A stretch of 64,000 nucleotides of DNA, taken from assembly GCA_965112155.1 (NCBI GenBank), contig OZ218101.1, one strand, 5' to 3'. Origin of the DNA: Podarcis liolepis (taxonomy: Eukaryota). The translations under genes were made by a program, and so were the position numbers. Positions 24,265 through 36,300 of this stretch are shown piece by piece (position 1 is the first letter of the stretch; every line of letters begins with the position of its first letter). A model generated the notes under the pieces. The model ran no database searches, was not told the origin of the DNA, and saw only the letters and a list, made by a program, of their open reading frames with translations.

Positions 24265-24598
24265 ATGGTATTCTTTCATCATGTTCCACCTTATAACTGC
24301 TGCTAAGATTATAATAGCTAAAAATGTGGTGGCTGGGAGTATATCTCCTACTGAATAGATTGATAATTTTTTGTCCAGAGTAACTATGATTAAGCTACCT
24401 AATTACAAAAGAATACATATAAACCAGCCTAATACTATTGGTTTATGGAAAGATTTGTAATTTTTTGTAATATTTTGGAACAAGTTCAATTATAATGCCC
24501 AACCTTATGTTCCTTTCAACCTGCTGTAACAGTATTTCTTTATGTTCTTTATCTTTGGTTTATTATGTTTATTAATAAAATCTTAAAAGAATTTAAAA
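24265..24598 (+). mobile_element. Degenerate L1 3' end
   Basis: ATAACTGCTGCTAAGATTATAATAGCTAAA (ITAAKIIIAK; compare VAARLLIAK in the other L1), then a T-rich UTR, AATAAA and an A-rich tail. Confidence 0.55.
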
Positions 24599-25564
24599 GG
24601 TGTTAGAAAATGTTCACTAAATTTTTCATTTCCTGTTTTAACAGCAAGTTTTACTAGATTATTTGTATTTTTATATATTTTTAAAAAATTAAAGTGGCAT
24701 TATTTTATTTCAAGGATTCTCTGCCCCATTTATTCTCAAAGACAGATCTTATTGTCTTCCTTTTATATTTTTCCCCTAGCAACACAGATCTTTATGATGT
24801 GAAACTATACTTCTTTAAACTTATGTCAGAACTATGAAGCTTGATTTAACTATGAAGAAGTATTTGGGTAGTCTGAAAGAAATACAATAATCAGAAATTC
24901 GCTTGGTAAGTTTGCAATGCCAACCTGGCACTCTGACTAACTAAAGCTATTCTGCTCTTCCTTTCTTATTTTTATTTTTTTTCTTGCTACATTTTACTTA
25001 TGTTCACAAAAATCCCTTGAAGTGAAATACTGTTTCACATCTGAAAAACACAAAGTACAAGAGTAAGAATTAGTAAGACTCCCACCTTGGGAGAAGGGAA
25101 AAAATGTAGGTAGACTCTGCTAGAAAATGTAATTCCTCTCCCAGTTCCCAATGGAATGGATGTACAAATTACTTTATTGCTGTAAGCCAACTGCCACTTC
25201 TGTTCATCCTCTGTGTCCCCCTTGCCACCAGGCAAAGCATTCCAGCTGTGTTTGGCTACAACATGTGTCTTGTGGGTTTTCTTTTTAATTTTACCATGCT
25301 GAAGATGTTGCATCCAACTTCACAAATGTCACTTTAAAAACAAACTTTAAAAACAAGCTTTGGGAATCAACCCGTAGAGGCCACTTGACCCAGAAATAGG
25401 TTTGGAGTGTCTTCTCTCTAGAATAAGTTACTAATAGCAGATACTCCATTGGCACTGGCACCAACATTTTTTGAAATGGAAAAATAAAACACCAATCAGA
25501 CTTGCTTGCTTCATTCATTCATTAGCTAACTTCAGTTCTCGTATTCCCCCAAGCCAAAGTGTAA

Positions 25565-25660
25565 TACAGTGGAATCCCACCCATGTTTACTCACAAGACC
25601 GCCCTATGATAATCAGTGGCACTTACTCCCAGGTATCCATGCATGGAAGTGCTGCCTAAG
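25565..25660. repeat. Old ~90-bp palindromic repeat of the GCAATCCT...AGGATTGCAGC family (also ~3240-3328, 28640-28730, 33955-34050, 34230-34360, 41988-42330)
   Basis: Recurring AATCC..CATGTTTACTC...ACTTACTCCCAGGTA..CATGCAT.GGA.TGC.GCC pattern in several diverged copies. Confidence 0.6.
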
Positions 25661-26434
25661 CCATTTGCTTTTCACTTGCCAGCAGAGCCACAAATCCCTT
25701 CTTTGTTCTAAGAAACTTTCAGAGTCAAACGCAGTTTTATCAATTCTCATTTCCAGACATAAGTACATCAACAACATTAATTCTCTGTGTGGGTTTGTTT
25801 GTTTCTTTGCTATAGTTTATAAGTTCCAGTTATTTGTCAACGTTAATGAACATTTGTAGCACTACTAGTGTAATGGACTGTGGTGCCTTGGTGAGGAGAA
25901 AGGGGAAACACAGGAGGGGTGACTTATTGAGGGCACCTTGCCATAGCCTCCCCCCTCCCCAAAAATATATAGTGCTGACACTAGGAGTGTCACTCTATGT
26001 TTCAGTTCTCTTGCTCATTCAGTAGATTTCCCACAGCCCAGCCAGAAGCTAGCTCAACTTTTAGTGGAAGCACGAGTTCTTTCTGGGTGGATTTCACACA
26101 CAAAACATACTTTTGGCCATGAAAAATGGTATCAAGAATGTTAGGAGTAAATGAGGGACTTCAAGATTGTGGCAGTAATCATGACAAGGGGCATAATTTG
26201 CTTTGAAAGAGACCACCGGCAACCATTTCCCTTTTCCAACTCAGAATTTCCTTGTGCTTTTCCAGATACAGAACTTCTTTTCTTCAAACAAACATGTATA
26301 GTTGTGAAAACATCAATAGCGGCAACAGGGTAGTTTCTTGGTCTGAAAATCCTCAGCTCTATTCATCCCACATCTTCACTTAGCTAGTAGGAGATTTCAG
26401 CAGAGAGGAATGTAAATAAGTGGGGTGGCGGATG

Positions 26435-26435
<1 letters not shown>

Positions 26436-26477
<42 letters not shown>
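26436..26477. repeat. (TG)n microsatellite
   Basis: About 21 TG units. Confidence 0.97.
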
Positions 26478-26478
<1 letters not shown>

Positions 26479-27460
26479 TTGCATCACCATTTATAAAGGA
26501 GCAGGAGTAGGTGGAACATAGTGATTAAGATTTAAAGTGTGTTGTGTTCTAGGGAATTAGAAATGTGACCCACGTTTTCTAAATCAAGATAACTCAGCAG
26601 GGAGGCACCCAAAGAAAAGTAACTTCTTGTTGTTTTAAGGAGCACACGGAGGCTTGTGTTTAATTAGCACAATGAAGCACACAGTTCCCATGCATCCTGT
26701 ATTTAATTTAATAGGGCTTGTTTGGGAATGACAGCTGCAAACCTCACCCCATGTGTACATGAAATGGTATCAGGAGAAAATAGAATATGGGAGGTATTCC
26801 TAAGAGCAGATTTGGATGTTTTGAAACCAGGGTGGGTGGAACTGGCCGATTCTGCTCTGCTGAGTTTCGGTAGACAGAAGAACAAACTAATTCCACTTTG
26901 CCAAATCTCTTAAATGGATAATAGAATCCAGGATGCAGCTAGAGGGCTGTGTTAGAAACTACTTTCCTGCAGCTAACAGGCTAAGATACAAACAGGAGAA
27001 TGGTTTGTTTTGGTACATGCATTCAGATATGGGGAATACTATGTTATAATGCAAAACAGCATGGGTTTTGCCCTCCATCAATGTATGTGAACCGGTGGCA
27101 GTACACACGGAATATGATGCTGTGTGATGTTAAAAACTGGGCTTTCTTGGAACTTATCCTCTATGAACTCACACTTTCCTTGGTCATTTATGACCTAATC
27201 CATATGGAGAGAAAGTCTGAGTCCTGCATTGTTTTATGAAAGATCTGAACCTTATTGTTTTGCTAGAAGAATTTTCCTGCGAGAATTCATCCTTGCCTGT
27301 TAGATGCTTACATAAATAGGACTGGGCACAGTAACTGCAACTGTGAAGTAAGAGTGAACTGCCAATCAGGTTGGTATTTTTGTACATGGGGAAGGAAGGT
27401 GCCATCTTGTCCTCCACATCAAGCAGCAAAATGTCTTGGTCTATCCCTGCTTATATTATA

Positions 27461-27757
27461 AAAAAGTAAAGGTAAAGGACCCCTGCTAGTTAAGTCCAGT
27501 CACGAATGACTCTGGGGGTGTGGCGCTCATCTCACTTTACTGGCTGAGGGAGCTGACGTTTGTCCACAGACAGTTTTTCTGGGTCATGCGGCCAGCATGA
27601 CTAAGCTGCTTCTGGTGAACCAGAGCAGTGCACAGAAACACCATTTACCTTCCAACCGGAGCGGTACCTATTTATCTACTTGCATTTTGATGTGCTTTCA
27701 AACTGCTAGGTTGGCAGGAGTAGGGACCAAGCAACGGGAGCTCACCCCGTCGTGGTG
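27461..27757 (-). mobile_element. Sauria SINE, 5'-truncated
   Basis: GTAAAGGTAAAGGACCCC tail; the body matches the other copies. Possible TSD ATTATA (27455-27460, 27758-27763). Confidence 0.92.
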
Positions 27758-28120
27758 ATTATATGGATTATAGGGAGGGTTAATAGCTTAGTGGCAGAAC
27801 ACATGCTTGTTAGAGTTCTTGCAAACAGAATCCCTGATCTGGACCTTGCGCAGAGTAGAAATGAATAAGCTCGCCACAAGAAACAGTTTAGTTTTACTGC
27901 AAACTAGTTACATAGTAAATGTTGCAAAATTCAAATTAATACATTGCTTTGTGTCACTAGTAATGTGGTCCAATCTTCTTTATGTCCTCCATACATTCCA
28001 AGAACTATCCTCTCTTTCGTCCCAGAGAGAGATCCATACAAGCAACCTGCTTGTTCAACATGCTAAGCTGACTCAGGACTCGCTCTAACTGGCATTGACA
28101 AGCTTCATCTCCCACTAAGA

Positions 28121-28235
28121 TAAGGTTACCAGACGTTCCCTGATTTACAAATCAGTCCGCTGACAAAATCCTAACATTCCAACTCATTTCAATGAAGTGC
28201 CCCCGGATTCATTGAAAAAAAAACTGGTAACCTTA
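28121..28235. mobile_element. 115-bp hAT MITE
   Basis: Perfect 12-bp TIR TAAGGTTACCAG/CTGGTAACCTTA. Perfect 8-bp TSD CACTAAGA (28113-28120, 28236-28243). Confidence 0.92.
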
Positions 28236-29319
28236 CACTAAGAGAGATATCTGCTTGGCTTCTGCTTGGGTTTCTGGGGATAAGGCATCAATAACCTGAA
28301 TGTTGAAAACAAAACCTGCAACCTCTCCTGCTGCATCAGCTACAGACAGATTTCTTGCCTAATGCAAACCTCTGCATGGTATTTCAAATACAAAGCACAC
28401 AAACAGAACATTGTGTGCACATTCAACATATATCCAATGTTTTAGCTGCACAACCAGTCCCCCGTATCTTCCATTAAAATAACCTCAGGCAGCTGCGCTG
28501 GAAAGACCAGACCTCTGCCTATGACCTTGGAGAGTCCCTGTTAGTCAGAGTAGATGGTCCCAGGCTAGATGGTCCCAGTGGTCTGATGCTGTATTGCAAC
28601 TTTAAATATTCACATGGATTTTTTAAAAATACAACTCTGTCAGTCCAATCCTAACTTCTCAGAAGTAAATTCTTCTGGTTTCATTGTGAATTACTTCCAA
28701 ATATACTGTATATGCTTAGGATTGCAGCATTAATCACCTCCCCCTTCCCCAAAATCTGCTAAAATATTGGAACATGCATCACCTAGATTTCCCCTTACCA
28801 TGGTGAATAATAATGTTTAGTTCATATCAGATATATTATAAGAACTTGCAAGCAGTGTCAGCCTTGGGGTCATATTTGCCTTAAATTGCTTTTTAATGTT
28901 TCAGTTAATCTGGCTATTTCCCTTCACTCTACACTTAATGGAGATGTTTCTTACAGCCTTTCGGAGCACTGGATATGATGAGCCCAGTGCTAGTCATTCA
29001 AAAGCACAGACAATCTCAGATATATGTAAAATGAAATAGCAGTGGGCGTGAAGAGGAGTGACAGCCTGTTCCATCTGTTCCTGCCTTTTGTGGTGTAATT
29101 TATATACACAAAGCCTGGTGAGCTCTCCACCACCCAACCCAGAAGTGATGCAGCACCATGTGCATCTTGGTCCAGCCGTAGGTCACAAAAACGAAAGCAT
29201 TTCAAAAATCCAGAAACAAAGCAAAGTGGTAAGGAACTGCTCCATCTTTTTCCCTGTAGAGGAGCCCAGCTTTTCCAGTGAGCTCAAGGCTTTTAATAAG
29301 ACCAAGTTTTTGGTTGCCC

Positions 29320-29745
29320 ATTACTTGACCCTTTTGCCATGGGCAATCTCCAACCCCCCTTGCTCTGGTTTATCTGGTGGCCGTATTCAGGGCCAGGGAG
29401 GAATTTTTCCTGTAGATGAGCTGGCCAGCCTGTGGGTGATTCGGTACCCAGCTAAAGGGGTCCAAGAGGGGTGTATCTATCCAGCAGTTCACATGGGGAC
29501 TGATGGGCCATAGCATTCCTCTCAATAGTGGCCCAAGCAAGATTGTAGCAACTGGTCCATGTCAGGGGAGACCCTCCAGCTCTGGGTTGACCACACCCTA
29601 TTCATCCACCAGCAGACAGGCTGCTTGAGACCGGATCCATGCCAAAACCTACTTACAACTGTAATCAAGAAAAGTTGTGGCCTATTTCAACCCAAGACAA
29701 TGTGCTTATTTCTATAGTTCATCTCTCACCACACTCCGGGTATAG
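29320..29745 (+). mobile_element. LTR-like / DIRS-Ngaro-like terminal repeat
   Basis: GC-rich block ending CCATGCCAAAACCTAC...CAAGAAAAGTTGTGGCCTATTTCAACCC. Boundaries approximate. Confidence 0.35.
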
Positions 29746-29882
29746 TGAGCCTGTGATGGCAATCTCTGAACCCTGAATCCCATCTCTGAGCCCTGTTACC
29801 ACTTGAGATCTTGAGAATCCAGCCTGTTTTAGGGAGCTGTCAATAAACTTAGTTGCTTAGGCAAGTATTTAATGTTTAATGT

Positions 29883-29985
29883 AAAAGGTGAATGGTTACA
29901 TTAACCCTGGATGGTTAACTCCAGTCAAAGGTGAATATGTGGTGTGGTGCTCACCTTGCCTCAGGCCGACGGAGCCAGTGTTTGG
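29883..29985 (-). mobile_element. Diverged Sauria SINE 3' fragment
   Basis: ACCCTGGATGGTTAACTCCAGTCAAAGGTGA...GGTGCTCACCTTGC...GGAGCCAGTGTTTG aligns to 22582-22666. Confidence 0.7.
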
Positions 29986-29989
29986 CTCT

Positions 29990-30222
29990 GGGGCACCTGA
30001 GTGAGTGCCAGGGGTCTGAACACTCATCCCCAACACCACTTTCTGGACACAGTCCAGGAGGGAAGAGCAGAACCACTGCATAACAGTGACCCCAACTCTC
30101 AAGCCTCCTAGATGGTCCAGAGGGATGCCATGGTCAATGGTATCAAAAGCCACTGAGAGATCCATCAGAACCAGGAAACAGCTTTCACCTCTGACCCGAG
30201 TCCATTGGAGATCATTGGCCAG
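29990..30222 (-). mobile_element. L2 RT internal fragment
   Basis: ORF 29896-30165 DLSVAFDTIDHGI...VTVMQWFCSSL..VQKVVLG is homologous to DLSAAFDMVDHEL...TVLQWLCSFL..GQRVALG. Confidence 0.85.
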
Positions 30223-30789
30223 ATCTTAAAACCAGAAGAACTTGGCTTGGATACTACATTATAAAGGTCATGGTAAAAATTATAGTGTATTGAGGGAACA
30301 CATTATGTCAAGTGTTTGCGTGTTTTTTAAAAAAATATACAGGGTTCTCCTTTCGCTTTTGCATGTATTCCTATTGCCGCTGCTTTGAGGAGCAGCAGAA
30401 AATTGTGTTTTTCTGCTTTCCCCAGAGAAGAAAACATGGATAGAGAATTTGTCTGGACAATAAATGTTGGAAACATACACTCCGGATATTGGAGTGGAGG
30501 TGTAATTCAGTATTGGGACCTGGAAAATTTAATAATACTCTGTTTATTTTGTTATTTTCATGATGCTATTTCCACTGTGTACTTCTATATTAGACTGTGT
30601 CTCAAGATGCTATATTGATAGATAATATAAATGTGTTTATTTGGTTTAATTGCAACTGACTCTGCTTCCATGCAAGTCCTTTTAGTTTGAATCTTGAGGA
30701 AAGTAATAAAAGATTGCAGTAGCACTGCTGCTGTACATGTGTGTGAGAGAGACAGAGTGTGTAAATGTAAAACAGTCAGCAGCAGATAA

Positions 30790-31219
30790 CACTGGTCAAC
30801 CACAAATTTGTTGTCTGCGTTTTTTCAGTTGATTTAGGACGAATCTGATGCGCTGAATCCAAAAATCACATTGGTTTTGCTCAATCAGGTCAAGTTTTTG
30901 AGCTATGGCCACATGTCTTTTTTTACGTTTTTGTTCACATGTACGCTATTTGGAGCATTTTAGAAGAAGTTGGTGGGGGTAAAATACCATGTCGAATAAT
31001 TGTTTTGATTGGAAATGATTATTTTAATGACAATAAGTATTCAGGTCCGATAGTTCTGGGTGATTATGTCGAAAAGGGATCAGTTTGAAGTCATAAAACC
31101 TCGAAATCTTCCATAAATTGGTGCGGCAAAGCATAAAGTTGCTTACCATGCTTATTTTGGTATCAATCAATTGTAAAAATCTAGACAACATTCAAAAAGT
31201 AAAAAATTGTTGCCCAGTG
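30790..31219. mobile_element. Non-autonomous Chapaev3-type DNA transposon, 430 bp
   Basis: TIR CACTGGTCAAC / GTTGCCCAGTG. 3-bp TSD TAA (30787-30789, 31220-31222). Subterminal GATGCGCTGAATCCAAAAAT motif. CACTG ends plus a TWA TSD are the described Chapaev3 hallmarks. Confidence 0.75.
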
Positions 31220-31236
31220 TAATCAACACAGTGAAC

Positions 31237-31702
31237 TGTGGGTATTTCACCCCTCCCATTGCAAGAATCTACTGACAATGTTTTCAGAAAGGGGGGGGGG
31301 GCAGAATCTGCTCATCGCTTCTTCCGCTCCAGCCTGACTCTGTGGAGTCTGAGTGTTATCTGTGTAGAGATAAGATGACTGCTTAAGCAACTGTAACACT
31401 CATGTAGTCCAGTAGCCTCTGATAGTCGTTAGTCTTTAGTTTATTTCTAGTTTGCAGTAGCTGTAAAAGAATAAAGAAGTTATGCTTCAGAGCCGTCGTT
31501 CATGTAGTTCATACTCTGCTGTGCTCTGCTGACTTTGGAACTGAGTTTGGTGCTCACAGCTCAAAGTTGTGAGTCCATTGCACTTAGGCCTGCTTCCTGC
31601 AGTGGAAGGTCTCTGGAAGTGCTTTCCCAGCTCGCCATGGCCCACTCGGGACTGAAGAGGTTGAACCCAGTCGTTGGCACCGGCTCAAAGGTGAAGCTGA
31701 CA
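31237..31702 (+). mobile_element. Solo LTR, 466 bp
   Basis: TG...CA termini. 5-bp TSD TGAAC (31232-31236, 31703-31707). AATAAA at about 31469. Inserted into a MIR/Squam3-like SINE. Confidence 0.82.
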
Positions 31703-31783
31703 TGAACTTCATGGCTGAGCAGCGATTTGCACCTGGATTTTGTCAGCCCTAATCCAACACTGAAACCATTGCACCACACTGGC
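31703..31783 (-). mobile_element. Old tRNA/CORE SINE (MIR/Squam3-like) 5' part
   Basis: Minus strand GCCAGTGTGGTGCAATGGTT (A box)...GGTGCAAATC (B box)...CTCAGCCATGAAGTTCA. Confidence 0.7.
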
Positions 31784-31804
31784 ATACCATAATATGCATT
31801 CCAA

Positions 31805-31982
31805 GAAGGAAATAAACAACTACCTGACTTTTAGAAGACATCTGAGGGCAGCCCTGTTTAGGGAACTTTTTAATGACTGATGTTTTAATGTATTTTTAAT
31901 CTTTTGTTGGGAGCTGCCCAGAGTGGCAGGGGAAACCCAGCCAGATGGGCGGGGTATAAATAAGTTGTTGCTGTTGTTGTTT
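31805..31982 (+). mobile_element. L2 3' end
   Basis: ACTTTTAGAAGACATCTGAGGGCAGCCCTGTTTAGGG...CCAGCCAGATGGGCGGGGTATAAATAA plus a (TTG)n tail. Confidence 0.88.
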
Positions 31983-32990
31983 GCAAGACACTGCCAAATT
32001 TCAGTTTATAGCTGTGTTGGTATAAATGCCCAGATCCACCAGTACATTTTTCTGGATGATGATGCAATCTGTCCCTTCTTACAAAAATGCTTCTCTAGCT
32101 GCTGATGTGGAATGTTCCTTATCAAGCTTCATATAGACTTTAAAAAATATTTGATTTTCTGTATTTACACAAAGTGTTGAATGACAAAGGCAAATTCTGC
32201 TCTTTAAAAGAAAATCTGAAGCCATCTACTCAGTGATCACTGATCAGACTCATATGTGCATTTTATTTTTATTTAATAATTTAACCCATGACCATGTACA
32301 TATTGGATGTACAGTCAAGAATAATGAAGCCATCTGTCTGCAGAACCAAGTGAATATAAGTATCTAAGTTTCTAGGAGAGGTATATAAGTAGCAAAGAAT
32401 TTCCGTTCCCCAATTTTTCAGTGTATGAGTTATCCTTAAACTACTTGTGATTCCCAGCATTGCTTTTTAATATTGTTAAAATTAGATGTCCATGTTTCAA
32501 CTCAATGGAGCACTTTGAGAAACAGAATCTAAATAGAACCGAATAATCATTAGTTCCTGCATTTTTACATAATACGTTAATGTTTCACAGTTCTCTCTAG
32601 AATGGGAAGCACAAGAATTCTTGCCCTACCTATGAATGCTGGTTGAATGGTCTTCAGTCGGAGCATTACAGAGGCTCTTCCCACACTCCACTACTCACTA
32701 GCTGAAGTCAACTATGCTCATGATGGTTGTCAGTGACCCACCAGCCAACCTGTATTTATTTATTAATTTAGAAAATCTGTATACCATGTAGGGATTTTTG
32801 ACAAAAAACAACCCCTAAGCAGTTTACAGAAATTATAAAATCATTATAAAATCAAAATACAGCAGAATATAAATGTACCACAACCAGGCCCTGTTTCAGG
32901 ACATATGTGGCTCCAGATGTTACAAAATAATGGCTGCCATCTACACATTGGTGACACTTTACTCCAAATCTCCTGCTCCTAGTAACTATA

Positions 32991-33300
32991 AAAAGTAAAG
33001 GACCCCTGGATGGCTAAGTCCAGTCAACTCGCTTCAGGCTGAGGGAGCCGGCGTTTGTCTACAGGCAGCTTTCCGGGTCATGTGGCCAGCATGGCTGAAC
33101 CACTTCTGGCGCAACAGAATACCGTGACAGAAACCAAAGCGCACAGAAACGCCGCTTACCTTCCCACTGCAGTGGTATCTATTAATCTACTTATCTACTT
33201 GCACTGGTGTGCTTTTGAACCGCTAGGTTGACAGTAGCTGGGACAGAACAACAGGCGCTCACTCCATCGTGTGGATTTGAACCACTGACCTTCCAATCAG
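32991..33300 (-). mobile_element. Sauria SINE, 5'-truncated, with internal deletion
   Basis: GTAAAGGACCCCTGGATGG...GGGTCATGTGGCCAGCATG...TATCTACTTGCAC...GATTTGAACCACTGACCTTCCAATCAG. Confidence 0.9.
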
Positions 33301-36300
33301 TACATCCTTTCATATTTTGGTAGTCCATAACAAGCTCCTTATGATCTCTGAAGTCCCCCAGCAAATAGTTTAGTTTCTAAATTGCTTAATTAATTGAAAC
33401 TAAATTAAAATATTTATAGGCTGCCTTTTAGGGTAAAATGCTCTCAAGCTGGCTTCCAATATATTCATATTTTATAATCAGTTGGAACCATAAAACACCA
33501 TAAAATACCAAGAACCAGTCGTGTCACTAAGGGTAACAGCAAAGGCTTTGGGAGCTACTGCAACCCTTGGATCTCTTGAACTCTGGGACACGGCCAACTA
33601 TCACACAATAAAGCAAAAAAAAAAAATCTAAAACTATTGCAACACCATGTCATACAGCAGCACAATAAAATCATTATTAATGAGAAATAAATTCTAAGTA
33701 AATGGGCCATGGGAGCCATTCAAAGGTCTTGTTTCCACAAGCATGGAGCCACCTCTAGGGAGGTCCTATCCCATGTACTACCAATCTAGTTAATTCCACA
33801 AGTGGAGCCTCTGAGAGTCAGCAGAAGGTATGGATAAGTTGATATGATGAAGGCAGTCCTTCAAATAAAGTCTTGAGATACTGGGAGAAGACTCAGAACA
33901 GACAGCTTCAATATAGCTCGATGGGGTTTTTTAGCTTTAGTATTTGACCAATTTAAACTGCAATCCTAAGATCTCTTCTCTGGGAGCAAATCTCATAGAA
34001 TTCATTAGGGCTTAATTCTCCATCAGCATGCATAGGCCTGCACTGCAGATAAACATTTATATCGGGGTGGAGAGAGAGAGAGAGAGAGAATGCTAATTGT
34101 TTTGACAACGTGGAATGGATACTGAAAATATCTTTATTTTTGGATCTCTGCTCAAAAATCACGTATGTTTATCATATTCTCCAGAGGTGGGAAAAGGAAG
34201 ATAAGGAAAATGAAGCATAATCCACTTTACAATTTAAAACCTAATACAACCTATGCATGTTTATTCAGAAATAAGCCATACTGGAATCCAACCTCTGTGT
34301 GTTTATTCAGAAATAAGCTGTACGGAAATCAGCGGGACATGCTCCCTAGTAAGGGCTACAGCTTTAGTCCAAACAAAAACCTGTTTTGTTCTATTTGCAA
34401 ATTCATTTGGAAAGAACTAGCTTCAGTTTTGGCTTTAAACTAGCAAGTCTCTAGTCTGTTTTCATTCAAAGGCTATAAAACAGCTCAGTCTGCTTGAACA
34501 AGGTACTCCATCGGTGATGACATTGTTGAATTTTAGTTAATAATTACATTTTAATTCATCAAAAGCTGCTTGTGGAGCTTGGAATTCAAATTCAAAGGTC
34601 TCCATATTGCCCAGTATTGCCCAAACTGACTATTATCAACAGAGCAGGTCAATCAACGGCAGCCAGGGGGACCAGGAAATGTGTGCCTGCAAATCCTAAC
34701 TTTGATATGAGAACAGATCAGCCAAAGGTATCAAGAGACATGGCACAAGCAGAGCATATGGAAGAAATTGCAACCGTGAAGTGATCAGAGGATTGCAATA
34801 TGTTCTTTGAGGAAACAAATACAAGCTATCAGTGACAGTGTTAATAGAAGTAACATGTATTGTAGTTGGCCTAGCAACCTTAAGCCACTGCATAGATTTA
34901 GATGTTCACTTACTGCATCAGGCTTAAGGGTTCGAATGTCAAGGTGGAGCTACAAGGAGTCATGCTTATGCCAAGACACACTAAAGATACATCAGCAGCT
35001 ATCAGAGCCACTATTGAAGATGTGCTTCAATCCTGAATGGACTCTATCCTGACCCAGAGAAGAGGCTCTGCTGTAGGACATTCCTACGCAATCCATGTTA
35101 GTGATTTTCTGGCAGGAGGCTGAGCCCCAGTACATATACATTCACAGTGGTGCAAGCACCCTTGTGTGTTGATGGTGAAGGAGGCAAATTCATTCTCACA
35201 CTAGCAAAGTAAATTAAATACTTCGGGTAGATATAGGGAAACCATTTTGATTGCCATTGAGGGTCAAACTGGATCTCTCTAAAAAGCAGCCTGGAGGCAC
35301 AGCTGGAGAAGGGATGCATGACAAATTGGTCTTTGTTAGTCCAATGGAAACTTACATGATCTGCACCCCTTGGACTAATTTGCGGTCTTGATCTTCATTA
35401 TCTACTGGATTTCACACCTCAAAGTTCATACATTGTGTGTGTATGTGTTATATATATATATGCACACACATGCACACACACACTAAATTTTCATCTAAAA
35501 GACACATTTCTAAAAGTTTTTATCTGAAAAAAAATGTATTTAAATCCTTCTTTATATGTGGGTAATTGATTAGCTTTTTAAATACTCATCATCATCATCC
35601 CTCACCGATTAATGCCAAAACATGACAGAATAGATTTATGAATAAAAGCACATGAAAGTGAAATAAACCAAGAAAAGTGGGGGGATGGGAGAGGCACTAT
35701 ACACAGGGGAGTAAATGAGATCAAAGCAGAGAACAAATTGCTTCAATGAATGAACCATATAAGCTAATAAGTAGTAAAGAGTTAGGAGGGACAAGGACAA
35801 TGTAGGTGCTTTTGCCCTTAAGTGCTGCAATTTTGGTGATAGATCAGCTCAGTCAAGACAGATATGGCATTTTGAGTAGGACCATGTGCCACCAAGACTT
35901 TGAAACAAGAGTGTGCAATTTCAAATAAATCCACCCCATGTTCACTACTGGAGACTGTGCAGATGATGTCCTGCCGTTTGCTTGCCTAAATCAGCTACGG
36001 AAAAGCAAATGTGACATTTTAAAGGCAGAAATGATTGGAACTTTTTTACTGGACAGTTTTGCAACAGAGATGATTGAACTGTGTAGTTTCTTCTTTTTAT
36101 AAGAGACAGCAGGAGTAATGCTTAACATAATAAAGAAGGAGATATCTAGAAATCATCCATATTAATAAAAAAATGATCATTCACCCACTAGTGTGAAATG
36201 AGAGGTGCTACAAAGCATCCACTCCTCCTCAGGGCTGATTCAACTATACATTTCTTAGTCTTTAAGGTGCCACAGGGCTCTTTATTACAACTATACAATT

